Below are positions 28,003-44,964 of a DNA stretch of 64,000 nt, in pieces. Both the position numbers and the translations under genes were made by a program. How positions within the stretch are numbered: the first letter of the stretch is position 1; every line of letters starts with the position of its first letter. The notes beneath the pieces are model-generated. The model made no database searches. It had not been told where the DNA came from and saw only the letters and a program-made list of their open reading frames with translations. The DNA comes from Eledone cirrhosa (lineage: Eukaryota): assembly GCA_964016885.1 (NCBI GenBank), contig OZ024743.1:168516001-168580000 (forward strand), read 5' to 3'.

Positions 28003-29373
28003 GCAAGTTTTCGATTCTGTGTGTCATGTACATATTCACTATACACTCGGACAGGTAACGCCTTAGAAGTTTTACTTTGCAAAGCAAGGAATTCATTTAA
28101 ATTCAAGTTATCTTATTTTCTAATGACTATCAAAAGAGATCATTCATTTTGTTTTTTTTATATTCTTCAGTTTGTAGATAAGAGAGTGAGGGATGGGAGA
28201 GAGAAAGAGAGAGAGTAACGGATGAGAGAGAAAGAGAGAGAGTGGGAGATGGGAGAGAAAATAAGGGGATGAGAGAGAAAAAGAGAGAGAGAGAGTAAGG
28301 GGATGTGAGAGAGAAAGAAAGAGAGTAAGGGATGAGAGAGAAAGAGAGATAGTGGGAGATGGGAGGCAGAGAGAGACTAAGGCGATGTGAGATAGAAAGA
28401 AAGAGAGTAAGGGGGTGAGAGAGAAAGACGATGAAAAAGAGGGAAATCTTCCAGCGTTGTTAACTTTTATTTATTTATTATTTTTACATAATTTATTACT
28501 TTTTAACACTCCCGCTTCCTTAACGCTATTTATCTTTCCTTTATTATTCGTTCTCTATTCTGTAGAGAGAGGGGGTATGTGAGAGAGAAAAAGAGAGAGA
28601 AGGAGTAATGGAATGGGAGAGAGAGAGAGAGAGAGAGAAAGTAGCCAGCGTTCATTAACTTTTATTATTTATTATTTTACACACTTCTTAACTCTCCCAA
28701 TGTTATTTATCTTTTATTTATATTTTGTTCACTATTCTGTAGAGGATGAGAGAGAGAGAAAGAAAGAGAGGAGATGAGAAAGAGAAAGGGAGTGAGGCGG
28801 ATGGGGAGATAAAGACAATAAGAAAAGAGATAAGATGGGAGAGAGAAAAAAAAGTAAAGAGGCTGGAGAGAGGGAGGGTGATTGGAGGGATACTTTAGCT
28901 AACGTGTGACCGCGTTTATATATATATATTTACACACACATATGTGCGTGTTATGGGGAGGGGGCGTTCTTTAGCAGACGATATATGTTACCATCAAAGC
29001 TTATTTTCTACATATGTCTAATGAATTCACAGATGCTTTTATAGAAGTTGTATAAATGTATGTATTTAACAGACAAAAAGAAAACGGTATTTTTAAAAGA
29101 TATTATTTGAATATATTATTTTCCACTGTTATTTGAATTAACACAGAAAATATTTTTTTTGTAGTGTTTGTCGTTTTTTTTTTTTGTGTGTGGGGGGAAT
29201 AAAAAATGATGATTTCAGAATACAATCTGAAATCCCAATATTTTCTACATATGGCTTACATTAATTACACCTAATATACATTCATATAAAGAGATCATTT
29301 AAAACAACTTTACTGAGTGAACGATACATTCTATAGTTGTTTCTATTTCTGAAAGAGTGTGGTGTGTAATAAT

Positions 29374-29436
29374 TGTTTCTACTTTTGGCACAAGGCGAGC
29401 AATTATTCCAGTGCGTTACTGGTACTTTATTTTATC
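29374..29436 (-). mobile_element. 5'-truncated SINE with 17-bp TSD
   Basis: gtgtggtgtgtaataat at 29357-29373 and 29437-29453. Confidence 0.85.
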
Positions 29437-29463
29437 GTGTGGTGTGTAATAATATCACTTCAA

Positions 29464-32400
29464 ATGCCTAGAAAACGTTCCAGATCATTATATGGAAGGT
29501 CATCTTCAGAGGCTAAGAGAAAGAAAACACAGCGATCTGAAGATAGTGAAGAAGTTCGGCATACCCGTCTAGCTGCTAACAGAGCCCAAACAGATTTAGC
29601 ACGAGCACACCGTTTGGATGAAAGGGAACAAAGGACTGCTGCTACATGGAAACAGCAGCAAATCAGACGAAATGCTAATCAAGCACATGCCCGATGAGAA
29701 CAAGCCACAAGTAAAATGAACTGACTGATGGGGGCTTTTTCTTATGACCCCCAAAATGTCTACAGCAGTAATCCACAAATCAACATTGGGAAAAGGAACA
29801 AATGCTACCAGTATTGTGGTGCCAAGAAGTGGGCAGCAGAAACCCCAAGTCTATGCTGCTCAAAAGGCAAAGTGAGCCTTAAAACAATACAAGAAACTCC
29901 TGAATTTCTGAAGAATCTGCTCCTTCAGCATACACCAGAAGCACGACACTTCAATAAATACATCATAAAATATAATTCTGCCTTTCAAATGACATCTTTT
30001 GGGGCTGACAGGAATGTGACTGACTTTAGATTCTATACAACTTATAAAATTCAGGGACAGTGTTACCACTTAATGGGTGGCCTTCTGCCACTTTAACAGG
30101 AGCCTCACAAATTTGTGCAGGTTTACTTCATGGGTTGAAATGAAACACAGACACAACAAAGATGTACCAATGTCCATGGTGGATTGCAGATCTACATAGT
30201 CATAAATTTAGAAGAAATGCTTCACCAACATTACATGTACGTCAGTGTATTAAAATATGCACTGGAGCATATGAACAACACCAGTGATCGTAAAATGAAC
30301 ATTACGGCAGACAACCGCCCAGCTTCAGAACATGAATGCAGATTCAATTCACCTGTCACTGATGAAGTTGCAATCATAATGGTTGATCAACAACATTAAC
30401 GACGTGACATTGTTTTGCAAAAACGAAGTGGACATTTGGAGCGATTTCGTGAAACTCATAGAGCCTATGATTCACTCCAATATCCGCTCATCTTTTGGAA
30501 TGCTCAAGATGGATATCATTTTCAGCTACGGCAATCAGCCCAGGAACGGGACAAGAAACCGGCCGATCAATCAGCTGCAAAGAGTTCTATGTTTATCAGT
30601 TCATGACCACTTCAACCAAGTTCTGCGATTCAAAGAAGTAACCAGCTAGTTCATGGTGGACATGTATGCCAAAATTGAAACAGAAAGATTGGGTTTTCTG
30701 CGAAGGAATCAAACTAAGTTGAGGGCAGATAACTACATTTACCTTAGAGATGCCATCAATTCTGATGTTGACCCAAGAAATATTGACCAGCCAGCCATAC
30801 TACCATCAAGCTTAACGGGAGGACCACGTTACATGCATGAACGTATGCAACATGCAATGGCCTATGTCAGAAAATTTGGTCGGCCAGATCTCTTCATTAC
30901 ATTTACATGCAATTCAAACTGGTCAGAAATATCAAATGAATTATTTCAAAATCAAAAACTAAATGATCGACATGACCTCATTGCTCGGGTTTCCCGTGAA
31001 AAGCAAAAAATAAACTCATCTGGCTCGTAAAAGAAGGAAGAATCTTTGGTGAGCTTAGTGCTTGGATGACCACTATTGAATGGCAGACGAGAGGTCTTTC
31101 TCACTCTCACACACTAATCTGGTGCAAGGAGAAGATAAGACCAGATGATGTTGATAGGATCATTTCAGCACTGTTGCCTGATAAATGTGGTGATCCAGAG
31201 CTCTTTGAAACTATCAAGTCCAAACTCATTCATGGTCCATGTGGAGTCATCAATCCAGCCTCTCCCTGCATGAAAGATAAAAAATGTAGCAAACATTATC
31301 CTTATTCGGGAAACTCGGACTGACAAAGGTCAAACGGTAACAAAAAGGTCAAATGATGAGGTCAAACGGTATCAAACAGGTCGATACATCTCCAGCAATG
31401 AAGCTATCTGGTGAATCTTTGGATTTGATATCCACCAATGCCACCCAACAGTGGTCAACCTCTCAGTCCATCTAGAAAATGGACAGAGCGTGTACTTCAC
31501 TGAGATCACTGCTCTTTAGTTGGCACAAGCATCACATGACACTAAACTAACTGCTTTCTTTAAACTCTGCCAGAATGATGAATTTGCTCGATCCCTCCTA
31601 TATGCTGAAGTCCGAACATACTATACCTGAACCAATTGCAATACCTGGAATCGAAGAAAGAAGGGTCATTTAGTGGAAGGTCATGAAGTCAAGTCAAGTG
31701 ATGCTATTGGGCGTGTTTACAAGAAGCATGTAAACAGCATGGACTCCTGCATGATAATGGACACTGGAAGAAGTCCCTAGAAGAAGCAGCAATCACTCAT
31801 GTAGCCAGTCAAATAAGACAATTATTTGCTATTATGCTCACAGCATGTGGAATTGATGAGGCTCATTTACTCTGGCAGGAGTAGAAAAACAATATGTCGG
31901 ACGACTATCTACACCTAGCCCGAAGACATCATGGCAATATGGATATGGAATATACCCCCAGGATTTACAATCAAGCTCTCTGTGACCTGTCCCATCCAGT
32001 TCAGGCAATGAATAGCACATTAGCTAACTGCGGGATGCCAGAACCAGATGAAGAAATGAAGGTAACACAAGACATTTTTCAGGAGACAAACTATGATATT
32101 CAAGCATTGCGTATGTTTGTGGATGAAAATGAACCTCGATTGATAGATGATCAGCAATACGCCTACCACAACATCATCGAAAACATTCAAAATGACAGGG
32201 GAGGACATTTTTTCATCGATGCTTTTGCTGGCACAGGCAAGACATTCCTCATAAACCTCCTGCTTGCAAAAGTTCGCCAAAACAACATATTGCCCTTCCT
32301 GTGGCTTCAAGTGGCATTGCAGCAACACTTCTGGATGGAAGAAGAACGGCACACTCCATGTTTAAGATGCCCATAGATCTCACACAGCATGAACAATCTT

Positions 32401-33105
32401 TTTGCAACATCAAGAAGAACTCACCTAAGGGCAAGCTTCTGCAAACATGCAAGATGATAATTTGGGATGAAGCTACTATGAGCCATAAAGGAGCAATTGA
32501 AGTTTTAGACCGAAAGATAAGGGATCTGAAAGAAAATAATTGCATAATGTGAGGAGTGATAATGGTTCTTGTTGGTGATTTCAGACAAACCCTGCCTGTA
32601 ATTCTTCGAGGGACTCGAGCTGATCAGGTGAATGCCTGTCTGAAAACATCCTATCTCTGGCCCCACTTTCAGCTGCTGAGCCTTACAACCAACATGCGGG
32701 TGCACTTAACTGGTGACGAAGGTGTCAGTGAGTGAGTTTGCCATCCAACTACTTAAATTGGGAAATGGACTCCTTGAAAAGGAGTCCAATGACCATATTA
32801 AGTTGTCATTTGGCCATATCATTGACACAGAACAAGAACTGATTGCCAGAGTGTTTCCAAACATTCAGACTAGGCAATGTGATCCGAAATGGCTCTGTGA
32901 ACGAGCAATCTTAGCACCTAAAAATGTTGCTGTGAAAGAAATCGACAGAAGGCTGTTGGAGATGTTACTGGGAGAGAAAATATGCTACAAATCAGTTGAC
33001 ACAATCACTTCTCAAGACCAGGTTGTAAACTACCCAACTGAATTTTTGAACAGTCTTGAACAAGCGGGAATTCCTCCACACAACCTGATACTGAAGCTTG
33101 GAACC
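29464..33105 (+). pseudogene. Helitron Rep/helicase (Zn finger, HUH Rep, PIF1 helicase), decayed and 3'-truncated
   Basis: CGAKKW...CCSKGKV; YDSLQYPL; GRPDLFITFTCN; EWQTRGLSHSH; AGTGKTF; ASSGIAATLL...TAHS; IIWDEATM; GDFRQTLPV; multiple stops and frameshifts. Confidence 0.95.
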
Positions 33106-33153
33106 AGTTATGCTACAGACATATACATATGTTATAAACAATATATATCAAAG

Positions 33154-33222
<69 letters not shown>

Positions 33223-33225
33223 AAC

Positions 33226-33319
<94 letters not shown>

Positions 33320-33360
33320 AAAGTTATATTTAAATTGTTGTGTTACAACTAGTAAATATT

Positions 33361-33473
<113 letters not shown>

Positions 33474-33509
33474 AAGTTATATATATATATACATATATAT
33501 ATATACATA

Positions 33510-34420
33510 TAGAAATTACATGAATCAAAATTCTGTTCAAACCATTTATTTGTTGCTTATAATTGTTTATTCCAAACCGAGGTTTGGAGTCTTCGGAGCA
33601 ATTTTTCAATGATTGTTTACATACATGACCTCCTTTCCAACACAAGAGACATACAGAAACATATGTATATATCGATGCACAGTGGGTTGACATTCATTAT
33701 AATATTTTAGCATGGCAATTTACATTCAAAGATTAAAGTCATATTAAAATAAAATAAAATTAAAGTTAAAATACAATATTGGCAGTTTAAGAAGATGATG
33801 CAAGAGGAAAGTTAGAAGTAGTTAGTGTATGCAATAGTTACACGTGGGGCATGCACGTGTGTCTTATTTATATATGATTATAGTGCGGCAGGGTGTTATA
33901 TGTAATACAAGCACTTTAAGCGGGCAATCAAGAGTATTATGGAAGTTGTATTGGTAAAGTATTTTTTTAATATGTATGATATAGAAGCTTGTATGCAGAG
34001 AAATATTAAAAATATTAAAAATGAGAAGCAAAACAATGTTTTGGTTTTCGTATACACCACCATTTTCACAATCCAGGAAACGTAATATATAGATTATATG
34101 TCCTTCACATAATCTACGATGATTCAATATTGGATGCTTGATGAATTATGTTAGAAAATTACAGCTTTAATTTTGTTTTCTTTTAATATGACTTTAATCT
34201 TTGAATGTAAATTGCCATGCTAAAATATTATAATGGATGTCACACCCACTGTGCATCAATATATACATATGTTTCTGTATGCCTCTTGTGTTGGAAAGGA
34301 GGTCATGTATGTAAACAATCATTGAAAAATTGCTCCGAAGACTCCAAACCTCGGTTTGGAAGAAACAAATATAAGCGAATAAATGGTTTGAACAGAACTT
34401 TGATTCATGTAATTTTTATA
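33510..34420. repeat. Inverted pair of pLTR-like repeats upstream of a PLE ORF
   Basis: 33510-34110 (-) and 34170-34420 (+), each with a CCGAAGA hammerhead (33553-33601, GAAA mutated; 34330-34378, stem III mutated). Confidence 0.82.
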
Positions 34421-34627
34421 TAACTGCTCTGTAGAACAACTGATGTTATGACATTGAGCTATTTATCTTACTGGTAATAAGGTAGTAATAAATTACTGTC
34501 TTTCACTATTTAGTGTTTAAAATATATATAACTATAAAAGGTTTTAGTATATACATAACCATAAATAGTATCCTTAATACTATTAACTGCTCCATACTGT
34601 CGAGCTGACATACAATAAATTACCAGT

Positions 34628-37062
34628 ATGCTGATCAAAGACCAACTCCCTATGTCAACCAAGTACATACGAATACCATCCAAGAATACATATGAGAAAC
34701 TATTGATCGACAGTGTAAATTCCTTTATCAATAGATGGAGGACATTCCATTATGATAAAAACAAATCTAACAAAGTTAATAATACTAACAAATTTGACTC
34801 CTTCGGCTTTAAAATCTTTAGAAGCCCTCCTCATAACACACTACTAAACTCCTTTGAAAATGACCTAATAAAACTAGTTAAGAACATTAAATACAAAAAG
34901 CACCGTAATAAAAACAACACCTTCTTAAACAAACTTAACACCTCTATTAATGAATTCAAAACTAGTAATAAAATTATTGTACATGCGGACAAAACTAATA
35001 ACATATACAGCCTAGATTATAATACTTATAGAAAGTTTATATATAATGAACTACATAAAAGCTACAAGAAAACTACTATGAAAAACTTAGATGATATTAA
35101 TATGGAAGGCTATAATATAGTGTCCAAACTAGGACTTCAGAGACATACACAACCATATACCCCAAACCCCCCTAGATTCTCTCTGAAGGGCCATAAGGAG
35201 GACTTCATTAGCAACCCCTCGATTAGACTTATCTGCCCTTCCAAGTCTGACATTGGCATTATCAGTAAGAAAATTTTAGATAAAATCATCCCACATATTA
35301 AACACAAGATATAACTTAAACAATGGGGAAATACGGGTGAAGTTATTGAATGGTTCAAAGATATCAAGGATAACAAGGATAAAAAATTTATTCAATTTGA
35401 TATCAATTCATACTACACCTCTATTTCCTCTATCCTATTAAATAAAGCACTAATCATGGCCATGGACAATAGTGACCTGACTAGACCCCAGATTGATGTC
35501 ATACTTGCGGCCCGTAAAACCGTAATCACTTTGAAGACCAATTATGGACCCGCAAAGATACGCAAAACAACTTCGACATAACCATGGGATCTAGTGACTC
35601 GGCGCAGGTCACTGATTTGGTCGGCCTATATTTACTTAACGAAATCCATAAGGACCTTCCATACCTCAACGGGGGTTTGTACCGCGATGATGCACTTCTA
35701 CTTATAGACTATAAGAAAGAACTAGAAAACTATTGCACAAGGCATTCAAAAACTATAACCTTAGTATCACCATGGACAAAAACACTAAAAACGTTAACTT
35801 CCTGAATGCCACCCTCTACCTAGACTCTAAGATATATACACCTTTCCATAAACCTAACGAAAAACTCATTTACGTAGATACCAAGTCTAACCACCCTAGA
35901 TCAATATTAAACTCTATCTCTAAGGGAGTATCCAATAGAATCTCTAATCTATCCTATGACGTAAACATATTTAGCAAAAACTCGCAATATTATAATCAGG
36001 CATTAGGTAGATCAGGCCATAATATAGAGATCGAGTTCCTACCTACAAAAACACATAGCTACAACATTATTTCGCACAATATGTCCATGAGGAAATTTAG
36101 TAATAAGAATAGCAACCACACACACACTAATACGGGGGATGCCAACAAAAGTAACCCACACCACAGAAATTACCATAGTACCATAAAAGGAAACAACTCA
36201 CCAGAGATAAAAAACAAAAATAGAAGAAATAATACATTTTTCAACACTCCTTTCAATCTAAACGTCTCTACCAACCTACCTAGGGCTTTCTTCTCACTAC
36301 TAGAGAAAAACTTCCCATCTGGCCACAAGTACCATAGCCTTTTAAACAAAAACACTATTAAAATCTCCTACTCTACTACGCCTAACATAGCAAACCACAT
36401 AGCTAGTAGCAAGAAAAGAAAAATTAATTCTTACTTCCAACAAACTAAATCACAACAGACGATAAACCTTCAAAATAACATTATATCAACTAACCCTAAT
36501 AACAATAGTAATAATAGTAATAGCACTAGTGTAAGCAATAACGCTGGGAACAACAACCCCCATAACCATAATCCTATAGCTACCATCCAGACTTCTACAC
36601 ACATAATAACCGGCAGACTAACACCCAAAATAATTGTAAGTGTAGATCAAATAGAACCTGCCCTTTAGATAAAAAATGCTTAATCAAGGATATCATATAC
36701 TCATACACCGTCACAACTAGCAACTCTTCTGAAACCTATATAGGCTCTACTTCAAACTGCTTCAAAACCAGATACAATTCGCACCTACACACTTTCAAAA
36801 AACACAGTCTAGCCAACTCCACTTCACTATCTAGCTACATACACTATCTAAAAACTAAAAATAAATCTTATACACTTAAATGGGAAGTGATAGGTAACGC
36901 GACATCGTACAAACCACCTAATAAATTTTGTAACCTCTGTCTACTAGAGACCCATACTATTATCTTCTCAAACCGTAACCTCCTTAATAAAAAATCAGAA
37001 GTGTTCGCGTCTTGCCAGCACCTCTTCCGACACTCCATCCAAAACTTTAAACGCAATATATG
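34628..37062 (+). pseudogene. Near full-length PLE (Naiad-type RT plus C-terminal GIY-YIG) with stop and frameshifts
   Basis: ADKTNNIY, IRLICPSKSDIG, FIQFDI, MGSSDSAQVTDLVGLY, GLYRDD, PFHKPN...SNHP, NCKCR...CPL, YIGSTSNCFKTRYNSH, FCNLCLLE. Confidence 0.92.
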
Positions 37063-37384
37063 ACAATGTCAGACTTAAACCCGTCACCACCTCTAGCAAC
37101 AAACCTCAAGGGCACACCTTACACCACATCTCCACACTCATTGATCCACTTTAACACAAATAGTGACATCCTTCTAGAACTTTTTACCCTAGAGATATCC
37201 CCATGTACTACTTTTGGTATAATTGCCTTCAATTACTTAGACTACATTACACCACTATATAATTAATGTTAACTTTAAACACTGAATTGGTTGTGCTAAC
37301 CTTGTTCTGTGTATGGAGTGCCATCATTGGATAAATGGAAGATATATATGGAAGTTATATATATATATATATATATACATATAT

Positions 37385-37491
<107 letters not shown>

Positions 37492-37496
37492 CATAC

Positions 37497-37597
<101 letters not shown>

Positions 37598-37608
37598 GTC
37601 TATGTATG

Positions 37609-37662
<54 letters not shown>

Positions 37663-37736
37663 ACTTCCATATATATATATATGTATATATGTATATATAT
37701 ATATATGTATATGTCTATATATATATATATATATAC

Positions 37737-37815
<79 letters not shown>

Positions 37816-38744
37816 ATTGAGGTAATTCCGGCGGAAAGGTCCAGGAAAAAAGACTGCTCTCTGTAGGTTACAGAGCTTAATAGTTATGTAATAAACAACA
37901 TAACGCAATTATTTCATTTAGCAGTGGTTTCTTGAAAGCAAACAAATTTTGCTTTCAATCATCAGAATGAAAAAATCCTGGTGTATTTATTGACATTGGA
38001 TTTTAAAAACAAAAATATAATCTTTATGAAAGTGAGGCTGGAAAAGGAAGAAGGAAAGGAAAAATAAATACACATGCACACACACATACACACACATATA
38101 TACATACACATATATATATATACATACATATATATATTTATATATATACATACACATATAAATACACGTACAAATACACATACATATACATATACATATA
38201 CACACATACACACATATATATCAACATATCCATACATACACATACATACAAATACACAAACACACACACACAAGTATATATATATATATATATTCTCTTT
38301 TACCTCTTTTATCTGTTTCAGCCATCCGGCCGAGGCCATGCTGGGGCACCGCCCTATATATATATATATACATACATCTACACATATATACATACATACG
38401 CACAATCATACATATATACCCACGTACATACACGCACATACATACACATATATATATACGCATACATACGCATACACAAATATAGATATATATATATACG
38501 CACCTACATACGCACACACACAAATAATTATGAGAAAAAATATAATAATAAAAATACCATCACGTAAGAATAAAATAAATGTAAAAATTATTATAAAGTT
38601 CTCAGCGATACAGGCAACAAATAAATGAACAAACACACGTGGTAAGCAATACACACAATTGCACATACACACATAAAAATAAATACATACACACACACAC
38701 ACATACACATACATATACATATACACATACATACACATATACAT

Positions 38745-38777
<33 letters not shown>

Positions 38778-38944
38778 CTCATACATATACATACATATAC
38801 ACACATACATACAAATATATACACACACATGTATGTGTGTAAAACTCATTCTTAGAAGTATTCATTGAACCTTGTTTAACTCTTAAATATATATATATAT
38901 ATACGATATTAAACAAATGGAAACTATATTTATAAAACCATATT

Positions 38945-39010
38945 TATTTCGTTATATATATTTCTGGGATATCATATTAAAAATATGGTATGCCTTCCTC
39001 AGACAAAATA
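38945..39010 (-). ncRNA. Hammerhead-like motif downstream of the 40253 PLE
   Basis: Minus: tattttgt CTGAGGA aggcatacc...tatccca GAAA tatatata acgaaata. Confidence 0.6.
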
Positions 39011-40252
39011 CAATACATAAGCTGTTTCATAAATAATTAGTGACATACCTTATAATAATGGAACTTCCATTTAAAAAGTTGATTTGGTAGTGAAACTGTT
39101 ATGACAGTTATATAGAAAGAAAAACGAAGATGAGAAGAAGAAAATGAAGAGATGTATGTAAATAAAAAAAAATAAAAAAAATAAAAAAAGAAGAAGATGA
39201 AGAGATGTATGTAAAGAAAAACAACGGAGCGAGATAGAGAGACAAGGAGATATGGGAGAGAGAAATACATTGAGGAAGTGAAAAAATATAGTAGGCAGCT
39301 TTTGGACAGATGATCATCGTATATGTGAGAGGTTAAGGGAAGGGATACAGTTAAACTAGTGTATAGGAGAAAAAGAAAGAAAGATGATATATTTAAAATA
39401 TATTAAAAAAATATATTATGTCTCATCCATTTGAATTATCAATTTTTATGAATTTGGTATTGTAATGTAAATATCAGTATTCATGGATGAGACACATATC
39501 CATAATGTGTGAAAAAATGACCACATGCTCAGTTTAAAAATTCTTAGGTCTATAAGCAAAATCTGAGATAAAACTTCAAACATAAGTATATATGCATTCT
39601 CGTGAAAAAAAGAGAAAAGAGAAGGTTATCTCAAATTCAAGTTGATAAATATAGACACACATGTGAACCTACGTGATAAGCTGCACAGATTCTTATATTT
39701 CATGAAAAACTTCATTGCGTTACAAAAGATTCCACCCTACATACATTTACATACATATATACATATATATAGACATACAATATATAAGATATACATTAAC
39801 ATTTAAAATAACATTCCAGCCTCACTTGCATGATCATCGATCAAGCATAGAGTAGACAACAGATATCAATATTAAAAATTAAAAACGCCAAGAATATCTT
39901 CGTCACTCCATAGAGTATCTAGGGACGCAAGAGAACATAGTATGCCACGCATATCGGTCACATAAAATCAAAATCAAAAGCAAACAAAACCAAAATTGTT
40001 CACCAAGCATTATTTAGCAGAAATCATTCAAAACTTATTCTACAAATGCTCTTATATTTATTATAGAAGTTTATCCAGCTTAAAAATTTATTCAAAAGAT
40101 TGGGAACAACGCCAATTTTAGGGTAGTTTATTTAATCTCATTAATTATATATTCATGCAGAAAGGTTTTAAAAAAAATTGAAGGAATCGAAAGATTTATC
40201 GCCAAGTTTCATAAATAGTTAAATATCTTAAGTAAATATACTACATTTTATA

Positions 40253-41428
40253 CTACATTTTAAATTTATATTTATATTTAAAAGTTGAGTTTAATCTATG
40301 TCTGCAGCAGCTGAATAAATTGGTTCGTAAATTAAGGGAATTTTTAGATTTTAGTATAAAGAATATCTCCTCCGCGCAGAGGTCACATGTCTCAGAAAAG
40401 GAATTAAAAGGAATCCCTTTTGAGACTATATTCCAAACCATCGAATATCCAACTTTATCATGCTTAAGTTGCCAGAGTAACCCTGACAGCGATGTTGAAG
40501 ATTTTTTATTTGGATCCGTGAAAGAATTTTTGTGATTATTATAGCGAAGTTTAAATTCTGTCGAGGTGGAACCAACATAATTAAAAGAATTTAAATCAGT
40601 TCTAACATTACAGTTGTATATTATATTTTTAACTGAGCAATTGTTATTTAGCGGACATTTAGATCTATCTCTACAGTTACAGTTTTTTACTTGAATATTG
40701 TTTAGGCTATTTTCGGTATTTTGGCTAGGTTTTAGATTCCTATTATTTATTCTATTAATATTTTGTGCTAAATTTTTGGTGGACGAGTACGTTAATTTTA
40801 TAGTATGTCTATTGAAAATTGAGTGATACTTATGTGTTCTAGGGAAGCGTTTGTCAAGAGCATTAAAAAATAGTTTAGCGATGTGGGTTTTAATGTTTGG
40901 TGAGAAGGGGGGGGGGGCAAACCATATTATATTTCTAGTTCTATTTCTTTTCTTTTTTTTGAAATTATTGTAGTGCTTTCTATTATAGTTGTTAAAGTTG
41001 TTACTGTAATTAAAATTGTTGTTATTTTGGTTAGTTTGTCTATTATCGATGTACATAATTTTATCACTATATCCTGCTCTAGCTAAAGCTTCATTATAAT
41101 ACTGGGCTTTTTCGTCAAAAATATTTTTATTGGAAGAGATTCTAGACATACGTTTTTGAACAGAGTTTACTATAGTATGTTTGACAGATCTGGGGTGATT
41201 GGAGCTAAAATTGACATAATTCAAGTTTTCATTTAACTTGTGAAATGGATAGTGAAGACATGTGTTGAGATTAAATGTTACGTCTAGGAAATTTACTATT
41301 CTATGGTTATTCTCAATTTCTATTTTTAGATTAAGGTAATTAAAAAATTGTATAATTTGTTTTCTTTTCTTATTTAGTTCAGAGTTATTATTTTGTTGTA
41401 ACCCAACAATCTTAAATAAAACTTTTGC
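40253..41428 (-). mobile_element. 5'-truncated PLE: RT thumb plus GIY-YIG, open frame
   Basis: VNFLDVTFNL, PFHKLNE...SNHP, IIWF..P, NCNCRDRSKCPL, IIY...YVGSTSTEFKLRYNNH, CDLCAEE. Confidence 0.92.
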
Positions 41429-41431
41429 ATA

Positions 41432-41494
<63 letters not shown>

Positions 41495-41503
<9 letters not shown>

Positions 41504-41892
41504 TAAGAAAATACATAAATATTATATATATATAAAAATAAAAAGGTGAAAGGGGTAAACAAATAGTTGGGGATACGACAAATATTAAATGAATAAATAA
41601 TTAGAAAAGGGTATAAATGTTTATATCTGATTTAGAGCACTCAACAAGTTCCTGGAGCAAATGATCAATGAAAATAAGCATTAAATCACTGTATGTAATT
41701 ATGCATATACATACACATACATATATACACACACAACCACGCAAACACATACATATATACATACATATATACATACATACATGCATACATACATATATAT
41801 ACATACATACATATATATACATATATATACATATATATATATACATATATATATATATACATATATATACATATATACATATATACATATGT

Positions 41893-41957
<65 letters not shown>

Positions 41958-41974
41958 TACATATACATATATAA

Positions 41975-42071
<97 letters not shown>

Positions 42072-42393
42072 TAAGAAAATACATAAATATTATATATATA
42101 AAAAATAAAAAGGTGAAAGGGGTAAACAAATAGTTGGGGATACGACAAATATTAAATGAATAAATAATTAGAAAAGGGTATAAATGTTTATATCTGATTT
42201 AGAGCACTCAACAAGTTCCTGGAGCAAATGATCAATGAAAATAAGCATTAAATCACTGTATGTAATTATGCATATACATACACATACATATATACACACA
42301 CAACCATGCAAACACATACATATATACATACATATATACATACATGCATACATACATATATATACATACATACATATATATACATATATATAC

Positions 42394-42424
<31 letters not shown>

Positions 42425-42457
42425 CATATATATACATATATACATATATACATATGT

Positions 42458-42502
<45 letters not shown>

Positions 42503-42519
42503 TACATATACATATATAC

Positions 42520-42605
<86 letters not shown>
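41495..42605 (+). repeat. Tandem duplication of about 570 bp
   Basis: aagaaaatacataaat...aaggtgaaaggggtaaacaaatagttggggatacgac... at about 41500 and 42070. Confidence 0.9.
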
Positions 42606-42611
<6 letters not shown>

Positions 42612-43224
42612 ATACTTGGGGAGGGTCATATTAGTGTAATATTGCCAGAATTAATAACAGAACACACTCACTGTTTGGTTGGTTTTCGCTTTTCGCTTCT
42701 GTGTCTTTTATATCGATAATCTAATTTATTCGGTCCTCAATGTTGCCATTGACTGACCGACGGTCAAAAATAATACAGATACAATATAGACACAAACACA
42801 TATATATAGTTTATCAAAGTTCTTTCGTTGCACATCTGCAACATCGTCAGTGGTGCTATTGTTTCCTCCCGTTACATTGTATGTCTACGCCATTTTTATT
42901 TAGACTGTCTATATATTTATTTATTTATTTGTTTGTTTGTTTATTTTATTTTGTCTTCTTTGCGCATGCGTTTGCGTGTGTGTATAGTGTTTTGCGTTTG
43001 CGTGTGTGTATAGTGTTTTGTTTGATGTGTGTTCGTGATTGGGTGACTAGTGTGTGTTTATATGTGTTTGTTGTTATTGTGCTTGTGTATGTATTTATTT
43101 AAATATTTATTTATTTATTTATTTATACTTCTCTTAGGTCAGTGTTTTTTGTTTGGGTGTTGTTATTCCATTCATTCTTTCTGTTTAGTCTTGGCCTACT
43201 AATAAGTAGAACATATTCTTTTGA

Positions 43225-44290
<1,066 letters not shown>

Positions 44291-44964
44291 GAATCAGTAA
44301 GCAAGTTCACCGCTGTTCACATTGATGAAAATTATACTCTGGTATTTATTGCTTTTATACCAAGAGTTGATCTTAGTCTTCTTTTTAGTTCTTTTTCTTA
44401 TTCCAACATTTTCTCCTATACATGGGGCAAGTCCTATTCACATCATTTTCTATAAACTTCGTCCATTTGACACTGATCCTGTATCTCTGATTGTAGCCAG
44501 ATAACTGCATGCGGTTGATGAAATGTTGTATGTGTCTTTAATTATTTAGGATTGAACATGCGGAAAGCATTCTTCATCACTAAGTCCGCAATTAGTATGC
44601 TAACTTCCATGCTCTCCGAAATGGCTGAATTTCGGTGGATCAAGAACTTGGAGGTCTTGGGTTTGGCATAATACGAATACAGTAATACTGCACTAAAAAT
44701 CTTTCGTTATAAATATTAATACATTTTGTTCTAATTACTTCATCTTCTCTTTTCATTATTATTATTTTCATACTATACACCAATCAATTAGTCGATTTAT
44801 TTCACTAACCGTGTATCTTTCAATATTTGTTTCTTTTTACTTGCCTATCTCTGTTGCTATATCAATTTCTCTCCTAACTTCCGTCTATTTCTAGATACAT
44901 ACAGAGAGATAGAGAAAAATTATTGGTAGATAGATAAATAAATAGTTAGATATGAAGTAATGGA

